A stretch of DNA of 64,000 nucleotides from Andalucia godoyi And28 (lineage: Eukaryota > Protista > Jakobida): contig VRVR01000043.1 in NCBI GenBank assembly GCA_009859145.1, positions 184,392 to 248,391 on the forward strand, written 5' to 3'. The position numbers and the translations under genes are program-made. Numbering within the stretch: the stretch's first letter is position 1; the number at the start of each line of letters is the position of its first letter. Under the pieces are notes generated by a model that saw nothing but the letters and a program-made list of their open reading frames with translations, made no database searches and was not told the DNA's origin. Positions 31,700 through 42,034 of this stretch are shown here, one piece after another.

Positions 31700-32340
31700 A
31701 AAATATAGTTAATAAAATAAATAATAATTAGTTTAAAATTAAAATAAAAAACCGAAAAGAACAGAAAGATTAAAAGTACCCGTTGGATTAGATCAACAGA
31801 CTTGCGCCTACATTGCACACGAACCCCGGATAATCATCGCTGATCACCCATAATCAATGTTGCAACCCAGCAACATGCATAATGCAACGCGGCGGCGTGT
31901 TTATAGGGATGTCATGATCAAAATGGGGGCGAAACGAATCAGGCATCGTGTGACGGAGTTGCTGAAGCAATAAGTGGCAACGGTGAGATATTGCTTCGAT
32001 GCTTTTCATCGAGAAAACGGCCAACCGTACTCGTCTGCTTCTTCCCAGTTCGCAACCATCCTTCCCTCCTCTTCTTCATCTTGTCTCTTCTTTTTGCATG
32101 TTGTTTTCATCATTGCAGGAGTATTGCAATTCGGACTGATCGTTTCTATTAACATTGCTATATTATTATTGGGAGTTGGGGTTTTTTTTGGGGGGGGTTG
32201 ATTTTTGTTTTTGGGAAAGGGTACTAGGGGTTTCTTGTTCCTATCTGCACATACACATACACATACACATACACATACCGACACCTGGACGTACGGAGTG
32301 TTGTGAAAGGTGCGATTAGAAGGTTAAGAGTAGGGGAAGT

Positions 32341-35300
32341 ATGGAGTCGTCAGATCGTCGGTCGTGGCGAGTTCTTCCTTCGCCGGATACTGCGCGGCCT
32401 GGAATCTATCCATTGCCAGAGCCGCCGCTGCTTGCTCGGAGACCGACAAAGATTGAAGCTGTGAAGAATCCGCTTTTCCCGCCTGCCTTTCCGCTGAATG
32501 AGCCGCAGCCACAGAGCCCGTCAAGAAGAGGCGGAGGAACGGGCGGAGGAACTGGTGCCGGTGGTGCACTGGATCCGCTGTCTTCCACTGCGTTTGGGGA
32601 CTCGCGGAACCTGGACCGCTTCTTGAATGAGGAGCGCCGCAAGAGCAGGATCGTGTACTGGGTCATGGGAATCCACATTCTGATCCTGTGGGCCGTGGTT
32701 GCGCTGCTCTTGTACAACACGACGAAGCTGCAGCAGCTGGCTGGAGAGTCAAATTATGATGTGGCCAAGGTGTCTGCGAACTCGGTGAGCGCAAATTCGC
32801 TGCTGGTCTCTTCGAATGGGCCCCAGCAGGTCTCTGTGGAGTCGAAAAACGCAGCAGCTTCACTAGCGGTAAAGTCACACGCGGGAACGGCATCCCTTGT
32901 GCTGGAGGACAGCACGTCGCCCGTGTCCATTGCGTCGGCGAACGGCGTGCTGGTTGTCCAATCGGGAACCCAGCCCGCAATGAAGGTCTCTGCCTCAGGA
33001 AGCAGTTTCAATGGTAGCGTTTCAACGTCGTCGCTGATGGCGAACACCATTAATCTTTCTGCAGGCGAAGCCACGACATTTTCGTTCTCAAGCGCACGTC
33101 ATTCATTCGATCGCATTGCAGCAAGGATCGCAGTCGACACGCAGCATTCTCTGTCGTTCAGCCCGACCGAAGGCTTCTCTTTGAGCAAGGGCAGCGATGC
33201 CATGCTGCAAATCCGCGACAGCATAGTGTTGCGATCTGCGTTGGGCGCGGTTGTGAACATCAACAATGTGCGATTTGACAATCAGACAATCAGCATGCCT
33301 GGTCTGCTGCTGTCAAACAGCGGCATCGCGGCGAGCAATGGATCCTTTGGAATTTCAGTGTCATCTGGAGATGTCACTATTTTCGCCAGTCAGGGTAGGA
33401 TTTTAGCACAAAGCGATCTTGTCGTTGCAGCGGGCGGACACGTATTCGCTTCGAATGTGCATTCTTTGCCGTCGGAAGACCTTCGGATTCACTCACACAC
33501 AGGGCTCATGACCATCAATACTTCAAGGCTTGTTATTGGTCCTGCAGATGCGGTCAACGTGTCTGTTACAGGAAAAGTTCAGGTTGCCGCTGGAGATGGC
33601 ACGCCTGGCTCCTCGGCAACAGGGTTCGGGGCCGGAGGAGATGGATCCAAGGGAGGGGACATAACGCTTCGTGCTGGTACGGGGGGTGCTGGAGGTTCCT
33701 CTGGAGGCTTTTCTGGTGCGGGGGGAGACGGAGGTGCGGGCGGAAATGTCTTCCTCGTACCGGGCACAGGGGGCGCTGTTGCGGCTGTGGACGTCCTCCA
33801 TGCTTCTGCACCCGGCATCGACGGAGAGGTCATCGTATCTCCGTCCTGTGTTTTTTCTGGGACAGGCTGCCCGTCGAGCTCTGCCTCTCGATTGCGAATC
33901 TCCACTCCCACTCCAACCTTGTCATTTGGAGATAAGGGGTCGTCATGGGTCTTCCTCGCCAACAGTTCCACCAGTGGATCCTCATCGTTTCACATGTTTT
34001 CAGACGTCTTTGGATGCAATGTGATGAGTTGGGGCTCGTCTTTGCGGAATGGCCTGTCGAACTCCCGCCCTTCCGTGGAAGTAGAACAGGGGATTTTCCG
34101 CGTTCATCAAGGTGGCCTGGATCACGCAACTATTTCTGTTTCTCCACTGTTCACGAGTTTTACGCTGCTGTCGCAATCCAATAATGCATCTATTTCGTTC
34201 GCGGATCGGTTTTTCATCTCTGCAGATGGAGATTCGTTGAATATATACTCTTCACAAAACACCAGCAGGAGATTGGAGTTCCTTTCTCCGCGACAAGAGC
34301 TGGTTTCAACAGGACTCCCGTTGTCATTCGTCGAGTCTGCTAATGGCTCGCTGCAGCAGGTCATAATCAGTTCCCGTACCGTACTCGCCGCGAATGGGTC
34401 GACAGTGCAGGTTGGCGAGGCGGTTCTGTCATTCTCAAATGGTTTGAACATCCGTTCCAAAGGATCACAAATTCAGTTCAGGGATTCTGCGGATGTAATT
34501 TCTATATCTGCAAACAGGTATCTTACAGTAGACTCAGTAGAGCCTACAAGATTCCTCGCCGGTGTTGCGTTGTGCACCTCTCCTCCAAACGTCGATCCGA
34601 CGTGCACCAATTCCATATTGCTGAACGGTTCGTCGGCTTCCATTTCGTCTTCCTCGCTGTCTCTGGATTTCGCATCTTCCAGCATTACTGCCGACAGTCT
34701 TCATGGTCGAAGCATTTTGTTCCTCGACTCTTCCAGGGGTGTTTTCGTTGATTCGACCAGACCACTCTCCGGAGTCACAAGTTCAGCTGCTTCTGGCGTG
34801 TTTTCTGATTTGCAGATCTTCTTCTTTAATTCGACAGTGCTCAGTCAGAATGCTTCCATTTACATCAGTCCTGCCGATTCCTTGATCATTTCCGGGTCTC
34901 GAGTGATGAAGATAGGCGCTGTTGTCCTATCCGGACAGACGAATGCGCTGACCGGCCCAGGAATGGTCCTGGATTTTTCTGGAAACTCCTTGAAGTCCAC
35001 TTCGGGCAGCGGCCTATCCATCGTGTCCCACAGCTCCTTGCTTTTGTCATCGCTTGCTGCGGACGTTCTCGTGTCTGCCCCCGAGGGCCGACGAATGTTC
35101 CTTCAAGCCGGGGCTCGTGTCGTTGATGGTTCGACCATGGTTTTGAATTTCACGGCGGCGTCCGTGCGATCTTTGGATGTTCTGAATCTGAATCCGTATT
35201 CGAATGTTGTTGTTCAAGGCTCCTCTGGAGCAACGGTTGTCGTACTGGGAGATGCTTCGATCGCAAGCAACATCCGAATGACGCCCACGTCTGTTACGGG

Positions 35301-38115
35301 CTCCTCGCTACAGATCAAGTTTGCCGACTCGGTCGGCGTACCGGGAACCACAGGCTCCATCAAAGACACTGCGCGGGATCTTCTTCTGAGTTCTGTGCAC
35401 AATCGCGTCATTCTCGCAACAGGGACGCAGGGAGTTATGGTGGAGGTGTCTCCGGAGGCTTTCACAGGAAGCGGCGGAACTGCGTCGCCCCTGATGTCCA
35501 CTTCGGTATCCTCATTTTTCTTGGACTTTGGACGCCGAACAGTTGGAACTTCTGTGGGCACAGAGAGTCTCGTGTTGCGTGGAGGCAATGACGTGCAGAT
35601 TACGGGATCTAACCGGATTGTCTTCGGTTCCGTTGTGACTGCCCAATCCCTCACGGTTTGTGGGTCATGCGGCGCCTCGTTCGATCAGTCTTTTATTTCC
35701 GGATTGCAGCTGAAGATCGACTTTGTTGGATCGTCGGTGGAGTCTCAGACGGGAGATCTCATCGTGTCTTCTCCTGCAGCTGGAGGCGTGATCTCTCTGC
35801 GATCCAATTCTGGCATTCGCTTGAAGTCGTCAACGGGGTCCACTGGTCTGAACATGCGAGACGAGAATTCCAACCTTGAGATTGATTTCGCGGCTCGGCA
35901 GCTGCGCTCCATGACTGGAGAATTGATCATCAAGGGCGAAGCATCCACTCGCATCATTTCTGGAGACGCTGGACTGTTCCTCGTTCCATTGGGAACCGGG
36001 CCAGCGAAACCGCTGAAGATTACCGCGGGCGCAGCAGATAGCACGCTGTATTACCAACGCCCTGTTGCGTCCTGTGGAAGCGGGATCTTCCCCACGCACT
36101 TTACCGGGCAAAATGCAGCTGGTGGATGTGCGTCTGCCGGGGGCTCTGTCACTGTTGCTGCTGGATCGGCTTTCCAGGGGGCTGGCGGCGATGTCTCGGT
36201 CATCGCTGGCGACAACACGGCAGCGCCTGGAACGGCCGGGAATGTGTATCTCATTAGTGGGCAAAACATCGGAGGAAACATTGGAGACACGCTTGTACAG
36301 ACGCGCCAGATGAATGTGTATTTCAGAGGTGCAGAGTGGAAAGTCCTCAGCGTCGGTACGAGTACTGGAGATGGCGATTTCGTCTACGTTGGTAATGCGA
36401 ACTCGACGTATACGTTCGACACAGATGCGTATACGGATGCGATTGTGGCCCGTTCTCGGATGCAGAATCTCATTGCGGCAGAGACCATCACGATTTCGAA
36501 CGAGATTCCCGTATCCCGCAACATTCTGACTTCCATTCAGATTGGACATCCCACGGACATGAACATTTACACGCAGCTGATTTATGCGCGGGCATTGCGG
36601 TATCGCTTCGTGGATCACAACATGTACACTGGCTTTTTTATGGATCCTGTCAGTATCCTCCTGAACCGTTCCCACACGATTGACCTGTATACCACCAACT
36701 TGACGGCGAGGTCGGAAGGGTTCCTGGATTTTCAAACGGGGACGCAAGGAGTGCGCATGGGGCCGATCGACACGCTGCGCACTCTGATGGTGGAAGTTGG
36801 ATCTGTGAAGGCAGCTGTTGAGATCTACCGCCCGCAGTCAAATGGGGTTCCTGCGACGTACACAAAGCTGATTGGCCAGCATGCATGTTCATTGTGTGGT
36901 GCTGGTGGAGCGGTGTCGATCTATGGAGGTTCTGCCCACAGTGCAAGCAATGCCGATGTGGGTGGTGCGGTGAGTCTGTACGCCGGTGACGGACTCTCTG
37001 GCAGTTCTGGTGGCGCGATTTCGATCGTTGCCGGGTCGGCTGCGGGTGCTGGGTCTGGTGGTTCGCTGACCATCCAAGCGGGTACTGGTGCTGCGACGGC
37101 TGCGTACGGCGGTATTGATGTTCGCACTCGGTGGTTTGACGTTCGAAAGGTCTCTGAAACGTATTCGCTGTTGCACATTGACACGCACACGGACGACACG
37201 AATGGCGACTATGTGAATGTCGGAAATTGGGACCTTGGAATCCTGTACTCGGATGCACGGTACACGAACAAGGTGCAAATTCGAGCGACCGAATTTAATT
37301 CCGAGGTCGGGTCGAAGATGAGCGTGGTTCCAGCACAGACGTCGTCTTCGCAGTTTCTTGTTGGTTCTGCATCGCTCTTTTTCAACACGATTGAACTGCG
37401 CTCCACGCTGACGACGATCTACGACAATGCGAATGTGGCGGCACTGACGATTACGACGACGACCGCAACTCTATTTCGCTCCACAACGCTGGATCTGAAG
37501 ACGTCTGGGGGTGCTGGAACGACGATTAATGTTGGCCAGAGTGGCACACTGACAGAAAATGTGAACCTTCGGGGAACGAACGTCAAGATCTGGAATGCAG
37601 GAACGGCGACCGTGACTGTGCAGCTGAACGGCGACATGCTCATCGATGTTGGTGCCTCGTATGACCTCAAGATCGTCACGGGCGACTTGGATGTCCAGGC
37701 TGGGAAAGTCAAAGAGTATGGCAACAGCATCATGCCTGCCGGCTCCATCATCATGTATCGTGGCTCGTCATGCCCGCCCGGGTTCACTGCCGTTTCGGAG
37801 GCCCGCGATCGTGTTCTTGTCGGTCTTCCAAGCTCGGGATTCAGCGCCGGAGCCTCCATTGGCCCTGGCACAGGCGTCTCCACATCGACCTTCCAGCTAA
37901 CCACAACGGCCGGCGCAGCCACCGTCCCCCTTCCCGGCCACGGCCATGGAACCTCCAACTTCTGCTACTCTGCCTCTGGATGCAGTGTCTCGAGCGCATA
38001 TACGGGAAGCACCAGCGCCTCCACGCTTACCGTGAACACCTTCAACACCGACTCGAGAAACATCAACGGCATCCTTCCCGGCGTCTACTTCCTCGTCTGC
38101 GAAAAGACCCTGTAA
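32341..38115 (+). CDS. Uncharacterised 1924-aa type II membrane protein with beta-rich/Gly-rich fibre-like ectodomain and C-terminal phage tail-collar-like domain
   Basis: Intact ORF. Pro-rich N-terminal ~100 aa, one TM helix (IVYWVMGIHILILWAVVALLLY), ~1800 aa of Ser/Gly/Thr-rich beta-type sequence with GGxVxIxAG repeats. C-terminus MPAGSIIMYRGSSCPPGF...RVLVG...LPGHGH...LPGVYFLVCEK. Confidence 0.88.
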   Translation: MESSDRRSWRVLPSPDTARPGIYPLPEPPLLARRPTKIEAVKNPLFPPAFPLNEPQPQSPSRRGGGTGGGTGAGGALDPLSSTAFGDSRNLDRFLNEERRKSRIVYWVMGIHILILWAVVALLLYNTTKLQQLAGESNYDVAKVSANSVSANSLLVSSNGPQQVSVESKNAAASLAVKSHAGTASLVLEDSTSPVSIASANGVLVVQSGTQPAMKVSASGSSFNGSVSTSSLMANTINLSAGEATTFSFSSARHSFDRIAARIAVDTQHSLSFSPTEGFSLSKGSDAMLQIRDSIVLRSALGAVVNINNVRFDNQTISMPGLLLSNSGIAASNGSFGISVSSGDVTIFASQGRILAQSDLVVAAGGHVFASNVHSLPSEDLRIHSHTGLMTINTSRLVIGPADAVNVSVTGKVQVAAGDGTPGSSATGFGAGGDGSKGGDITLRAGTGGAGGSSGGFSGAGGDGGAGGNVFLVPGTGGAVAAVDVLHASAPGIDGEVIVSPSCVFSGTGCPSSSASRLRISTPTPTLSFGDKGSSWVFLANSSTSGSSSFHMFSDVFGCNVMSWGSSLRNGLSNSRPSVEVEQGIFRVHQGGLDHATISVSPLFTSFTLLSQSNNASISFADRFFISADGDSLNIYSSQNTSRRLEFLSPRQELVSTGLPLSFVESANGSLQQVIISSRTVLAANGSTVQVGEAVLSFSNGLNIRSKGSQIQFRDSADVISISANRYLTVDSVEPTRFLAGVALCTSPPNVDPTCTNSILLNGSSASISSSSLSLDFASSSITADSLHGRSILFLDSSRGVFVDSTRPLSGVTSSAASGVFSDLQIFFFNSTVLSQNASIYISPADSLIISGSRVMKIGAVVLSGQTNALTGPGMVLDFSGNSLKSTSGSGLSIVSHSSLLLSSLAADVLVSAPEGRRMFLQAGARVVDGSTMVLNFTAASVRSLDVLNLNPYSNVVVQGSSGATVVVLGDASIASNIRMTPTSVTGSSLQIKFADSVGVPGTTGSIKDTARDLLLSSVHNRVILATGTQGVMVEVSPEAFTGSGGTASPLMSTSVSSFFLDFGRRTVGTSVGTESLVLRGGNDVQITGSNRIVFGSVVTAQSLTVCGSCGASFDQSFISGLQLKIDFVGSSVESQTGDLIVSSPAAGGVISLRSNSGIRLKSSTGSTGLNMRDENSNLEIDFAARQLRSMTGELIIKGEASTRIISGDAGLFLVPLGTGPAKPLKITAGAADSTLYYQRPVASCGSGIFPTHFTGQNAAGGCASAGGSVTVAAGSAFQGAGGDVSVIAGDNTAAPGTAGNVYLISGQNIGGNIGDTLVQTRQMNVYFRGAEWKVLSVGTSTGDGDFVYVGNANSTYTFDTDAYTDAIVARSRMQNLIAAETITISNEIPVSRNILTSIQIGHPTDMNIYTQLIYARALRYRFVDHNMYTGFFMDPVSILLNRSHTIDLYTTNLTARSEGFLDFQTGTQGVRMGPIDTLRTLMVEVGSVKAAVEIYRPQSNGVPATYTKLIGQHACSLCGAGGAVSIYGGSAHSASNADVGGAVSLYAGDGLSGSSGGAISIVAGSAAGAGSGGSLTIQAGTGAATAAYGGIDVRTRWFDVRKVSETYSLLHIDTHTDDTNGDYVNVGNWDLGILYSDARYTNKVQIRATEFNSEVGSKMSVVPAQTSSSQFLVGSASLFFNTIELRSTLTTIYDNANVAALTITTTTATLFRSTTLDLKTSGGAGTTINVGQSGTLTENVNLRGTNVKIWNAGTATVTVQLNGDMLIDVGASYDLKIVTGDLDVQAGKVKEYGNSIMPAGSIIMYRGSSCPPGFTAVSEARDRVLVGLPSSGFSAGASIGPGTGVSTSTFQLTTTAGAATVPLPGHGHGTSNFCYSASGCSVSSAYTGSTSASTLTVNTFNTDSRNINGILPGVYFLVCEKTL

Positions 38116-38333
38116 CCCAAACTGTGCCAACTGTAAAAAGTATATATGTATAAAATTAGCAAAAAAACAATAATAATAAAATGTCGCTTGTCTCACGTGA
38201 TGCCACACCTCCCCACCCCGTCCCCCCTGCCACAGGTCCGTCTTGCTTTTGCTTTTGCCTTCTTAAGTGCAGCAATAAAGACAAACCAAAAAGACATCAA
38301 CAAAAAGAAAACGTTGTCGTTCAGTCCGGAAGA

Positions 38334-40991
38334 ATGGACAGCGGAGTGCCATCAGTGGGCACAGCTCCCATCCCAATGCCTTCCGTCGCCGCTCCCAACA
38401 ACAGTAGTAGCAGTACTGGAAATAGCAGCAATAGCAATAGTGGAGGCACTACGGCCACGTCGAGTTCGAGGGTGATGGAGGACGAGGGTGAGTTCCAGCA
38501 AAAATCCGCGTCTGCGAATGCGTTCTACAAGGCGTCGTACGAACGGACGCGCGCGGAGAATCGTGCGCTGTATGCTCGAATCGCGGCACTGGAGTCCGAT
38601 AATGCCGCGCTGCGAAATGCACTCTTTGAATCGCGGATGGCTGTTCTGGAGGCCAAAAGTTCCCACTCGCAGTCGCAATTGCAGCCGCAGCCGCAGCGGC
38701 AACGACAGCCGCAACCGCAGTCGCAGCTGGGAAGTACTGCTGGCGGAGGCGCTAGTGGTCAGTTGATCCATACGAGTAGCGGTGTCAGTGTCGGTGGTGG
38801 CGGTGGTGGCGGCGGTAGGATGAATCCTGGACACTCGAAGAACCAAGACTCAATGTCGATGCCGCCGCTTGCAGTCATGACGACGGACATGCCACTATCA
38901 CATGTCAGTGCGTCCCCGTCTGTTCCGCTGCACTTGTCATCGATTGCGCGAAATGCAGCGCCAAGTGCTGCACCACCGCTACCACCATCACTACCACCAC
39001 CACCACCACCACCATCATCATCATCATCCTCTACCTCTGCTCCTGCATCTTTTTCTTCGTTTGGTTTTTCGCATGCAGTTCCTGCTTCGGCCTCTGGCTC
39101 CTGTGGCCCCTCTGCGTCTGCTGGTGCAGCGGCCTCTTCCGGTTCTTCCAACTCTGGTTCTGCTTCCACGTCTGGCACTGGCACTGGTTCTGCGGTTGTA
39201 CCTCTGCAGACATCGCCTACGTCGGCAACGACGCCGTTTTCGTTTCCGTACACTTCGGATGCGTCGCAGGCAGTTCAATCGGCGCCGATTCCTCTGCATT
39301 TGCAATCAGTGGGGACATTTGCAAACCACGGCGGCGCAGTGTATTCGACGTGTTTTTCGTCGGATGGCCGCATTTTGGCGTCTGCGTCGTATGACGGGTA
39401 CGTCCGACTGTTCAATGTCGATCACCTGCTGTCATCATCCCAGAATTCTGCTGCTGCGTCGATTCCAATTGCTGCAAAGGCTGTACACTCGGCGCATGCC
39501 GTGCACTGCGCATTCAACGCTTCCGACAAGCTTGTTGCCTCGTGCGGATTCGATCATTCATTGGTGATTTCAGATGCATCCGTCGCGTCATCTGTCGCGT
39601 TTGCGACGCCAGCATCCAATCCCGGATCAGGCGCTGGACAAGCCTCGGGACCGGCGCCAAGTCAGGGGACCGTGTCAGGCCAGGGGGGTTCTGCATCCAG
39701 CGCGCTCAGTCGAGTGTCGTCGCTGGTGCTCAAAGGTCTCGCGCAAAGTGTGGAGTTCAAGGTGAAAGGCCACGAAAACACCGTTCTGTGCTGCGATTCT
39801 AAAGGCACCGTGGTGATGTGGGATGTCAGAACACCGGCTGCCGAGGCCGTGCATATCCCGCATCCGGCAATGGTCAATTGCCTGGCTGCAATTTCAACCG
39901 AAGAAGGGATGTGGGTGTCTGGAGATCGAACGGGTTGCGTCAGGCTGTATGATATCCGAGCGATTGGCCAGGGCATCCCAACCACCAGTGTGAACAACGC
40001 TGGGATGGCCGGAGTTGTCAGGAGCGCCGTCGTTGGCATCTCTGGAACCCCCATCACCTCCATTCGATATACTGCAGATTATGGAGGGTGGATCGCTGTC
40101 AATTCGTATGATAATTGCATTCGTGTTCTGGATGCAGGTGGATTTTCGAGGCTCGCATCCGCTTCTGGTCTCGCAGCATCGTCGTCGTCGTCATCATCTG
40201 CTGCGTCGTCCTTGTCAAGTTCGCCCTCTGCTCCTTCCTTGTCTTCTTATTCCGCGACATCTACTACAGCATCCGCTGCAGATTCAGATTCGCTGGGGTC
40301 GCTGTCGTTTTCTTCGTTGTCTGTGCGCAATGCGTCGAGCGGGGAAATGTCTTTGCGGGTCATGGCTGCATCCAGTCGAGGTACCGTCCGGATCAAGCAC
40401 TGGCCGATCCGCGGCAGCTGGGTGCCGTCCTTGTGCTTCTCTGGCTTCTCCCACCCAGCCGCAGCCGCAACCGCAAACTTGTACCAATCTCAAGGCTCCG
40501 TGTTTTCGCTGTCGGAACCGTCCGCAAGCGTCATTGATGGTGGACTGTACTATGCCACTGGTTCTGCCGATGGTCTGCTGTCGCTTTTTCGATTTGATCC
40601 TGCATCAATCGCGGTCTCGTTTGCGACAAACGAGAAAATGCTTCCAATTTCTGGCTTGCCGTGTGTCGCTCAATTAGAGGCCTTTTCAGGAGACGAAAAG
40701 TGCTTTGCTGTCGATGCAGTCTCGTTGCAAATTCCGTTGTTTGGAGCACGGGCCGCAGCACAGCAGCAGCCGCAGTCCCAACAACAACAGTCTCAGCAAC
40801 AACAATCTCAGCAACAGCAGCAGCAGTCACAGCAACATCAGCAGCAGTCACAGCAACAACAACAACAACAACAGTACCCGTACAGCAGCATTCTTGGCCA
40901 GCCACTTGCGTCCACCAAAGCACTCGTTGCGGCGTCTGGATCCGATGGTTGTGTTCGGCTATGGACCATCGAACCACGTCTTCGCAGATGA
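38334..40991 (+). CDS. WD40-repeat protein with N-terminal coiled coil and low-complexity inserts
   Basis: HGGAVYSTCFSSDGRILASASYDGYVRLF, VLCCDSKGTVVMWD, WVSGDRTGCVRLYD and AASGSDGCVRLW. Coiled coil YERTRAENRALYARIAALESDN. Start 38334 is preferred; an in-frame ATG also exists at 38181. Confidence 0.85.
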   Translation: MDSGVPSVGTAPIPMPSVAAPNNSSSSTGNSSNSNSGGTTATSSSRVMEDEGEFQQKSASANAFYKASYERTRAENRALYARIAALESDNAALRNALFESRMAVLEAKSSHSQSQLQPQPQRQRQPQPQSQLGSTAGGGASGQLIHTSSGVSVGGGGGGGGRMNPGHSKNQDSMSMPPLAVMTTDMPLSHVSASPSVPLHLSSIARNAAPSAAPPLPPSLPPPPPPPSSSSSSTSAPASFSSFGFSHAVPASASGSCGPSASAGAAASSGSSNSGSASTSGTGTGSAVVPLQTSPTSATTPFSFPYTSDASQAVQSAPIPLHLQSVGTFANHGGAVYSTCFSSDGRILASASYDGYVRLFNVDHLLSSSQNSAAASIPIAAKAVHSAHAVHCAFNASDKLVASCGFDHSLVISDASVASSVAFATPASNPGSGAGQASGPAPSQGTVSGQGGSASSALSRVSSLVLKGLAQSVEFKVKGHENTVLCCDSKGTVVMWDVRTPAAEAVHIPHPAMVNCLAAISTEEGMWVSGDRTGCVRLYDIRAIGQGIPTTSVNNAGMAGVVRSAVVGISGTPITSIRYTADYGGWIAVNSYDNCIRVLDAGGFSRLASASGLAASSSSSSSAASSLSSSPSAPSLSSYSATSTTASAADSDSLGSLSFSSLSVRNASSGEMSLRVMAASSRGTVRIKHWPIRGSWVPSLCFSGFSHPAAAATANLYQSQGSVFSLSEPSASVIDGGLYYATGSADGLLSLFRFDPASIAVSFATNEKMLPISGLPCVAQLEAFSGDEKCFAVDAVSLQIPLFGARAAAQQQPQSQQQQSQQQQSQQQQQQSQQHQQQSQQQQQQQQYPYSSILGQPLASTKALVAASGSDGCVRLWTIEPRLRR

Positions 40992-41357
40992 TTCTTGTAC
41001 ATATTCTAGAGATAAAGAAAGGGAAGGGGGGGAAAACGCCTTTGTGCGCGTTTCTCTTATTTCGTCTGTTTTCTTCTTCTGCATTTTTTCTTTGACGGTT
41101 TTCGTCAAGGCGACTCGGGAACCTCTGCAGCTGTTCCGTCATCGATTATTATGGTGGTGATGGTGGTGATGTGCGACAAGTTGGACGCAAAACCGACGGT
41201 CAGAAAACAGAGCGTCGATTGACAGACGGCCAAATTGTTCAAGTCTGGGTTTGTATCCCCAAAACTGTCCTTTATGTTCGAAGCGCGACAACGAGCCATG
41301 CCATTTTTAGAGATGGGCCGTATCAGAGCCTCGGTTTATTAAAGAAAAAAGAAAAAA

Positions 41358-41413
41358 GAAAAATAGAAAAATAGAAAAATAGAAAAATAGAAAAATAGAA
41401 AAATAGAAAAATA
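41358..41413 (+). repeat. (GAAAAATA)7 tandem repeat in a convergent intergenic region
   Basis: Direct read of the sequence. Confidence 0.9.
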
Positions 41414-42034
41414 AAGGAAGAGAAGTAAAAGGAGAAATTAAAAGATAAAAACAAGCCAAGGCATATGAGAAATTGGGATTTGAAAAAAGGAAGCGGAGAC
41501 ACGAGAATGTGCGAAATTTCAGAACTGCCAGCTTTTTGAATCAGGTGCCTACTGTAGTGTTGAGCTGTTTCCTTTAAAGCTGTTTTTTTACAACAGACGG
41601 GGGGAGTGGAGCGAGGATTATTGGGCGTCTACGTTATACACTGAACATGCATATATATATATGAATAGACATGCATACTCAGTCTTGCATCCCGATGCCG
41701 GGAAGGGGATAGGCCCCAACACGCCTCACGGCGTTCTTCAGATAAATGTTCCGCGCTCCGTTCCCATTCTCAATCAATCTGTGAGCCACTTTCTCAGCGT
41801 GACACATTACTCCTGAGAAGAGTGCATTTTGATTCTGACGGCCCTAGCAGCAGGCGTAGTGACACATGGTCTCTTAGTAGGTCTGCGGGACCTAGGAGGC
41901 CCTGTATCACGAATTCTTGTGAAACAAGCGTGCTAGTGTCGGCCAGTATTGACGGTGTCTGTTTATGTATACTTCCGTTTATGCATGACAATGACGTGTT
42001 ATTAATCAACGGTTCAGGACACTCTGGTGAGAGA

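Noticed and set aside
32341-38115. Prophage or bacterial contamination as the source of the fibre-like gene
   Set aside because: There are no neighbouring phage genes, the flanks are eukaryotic with typical microsatellite spacers, and the protein has a TM anchor and many N-glycosylation sequons.
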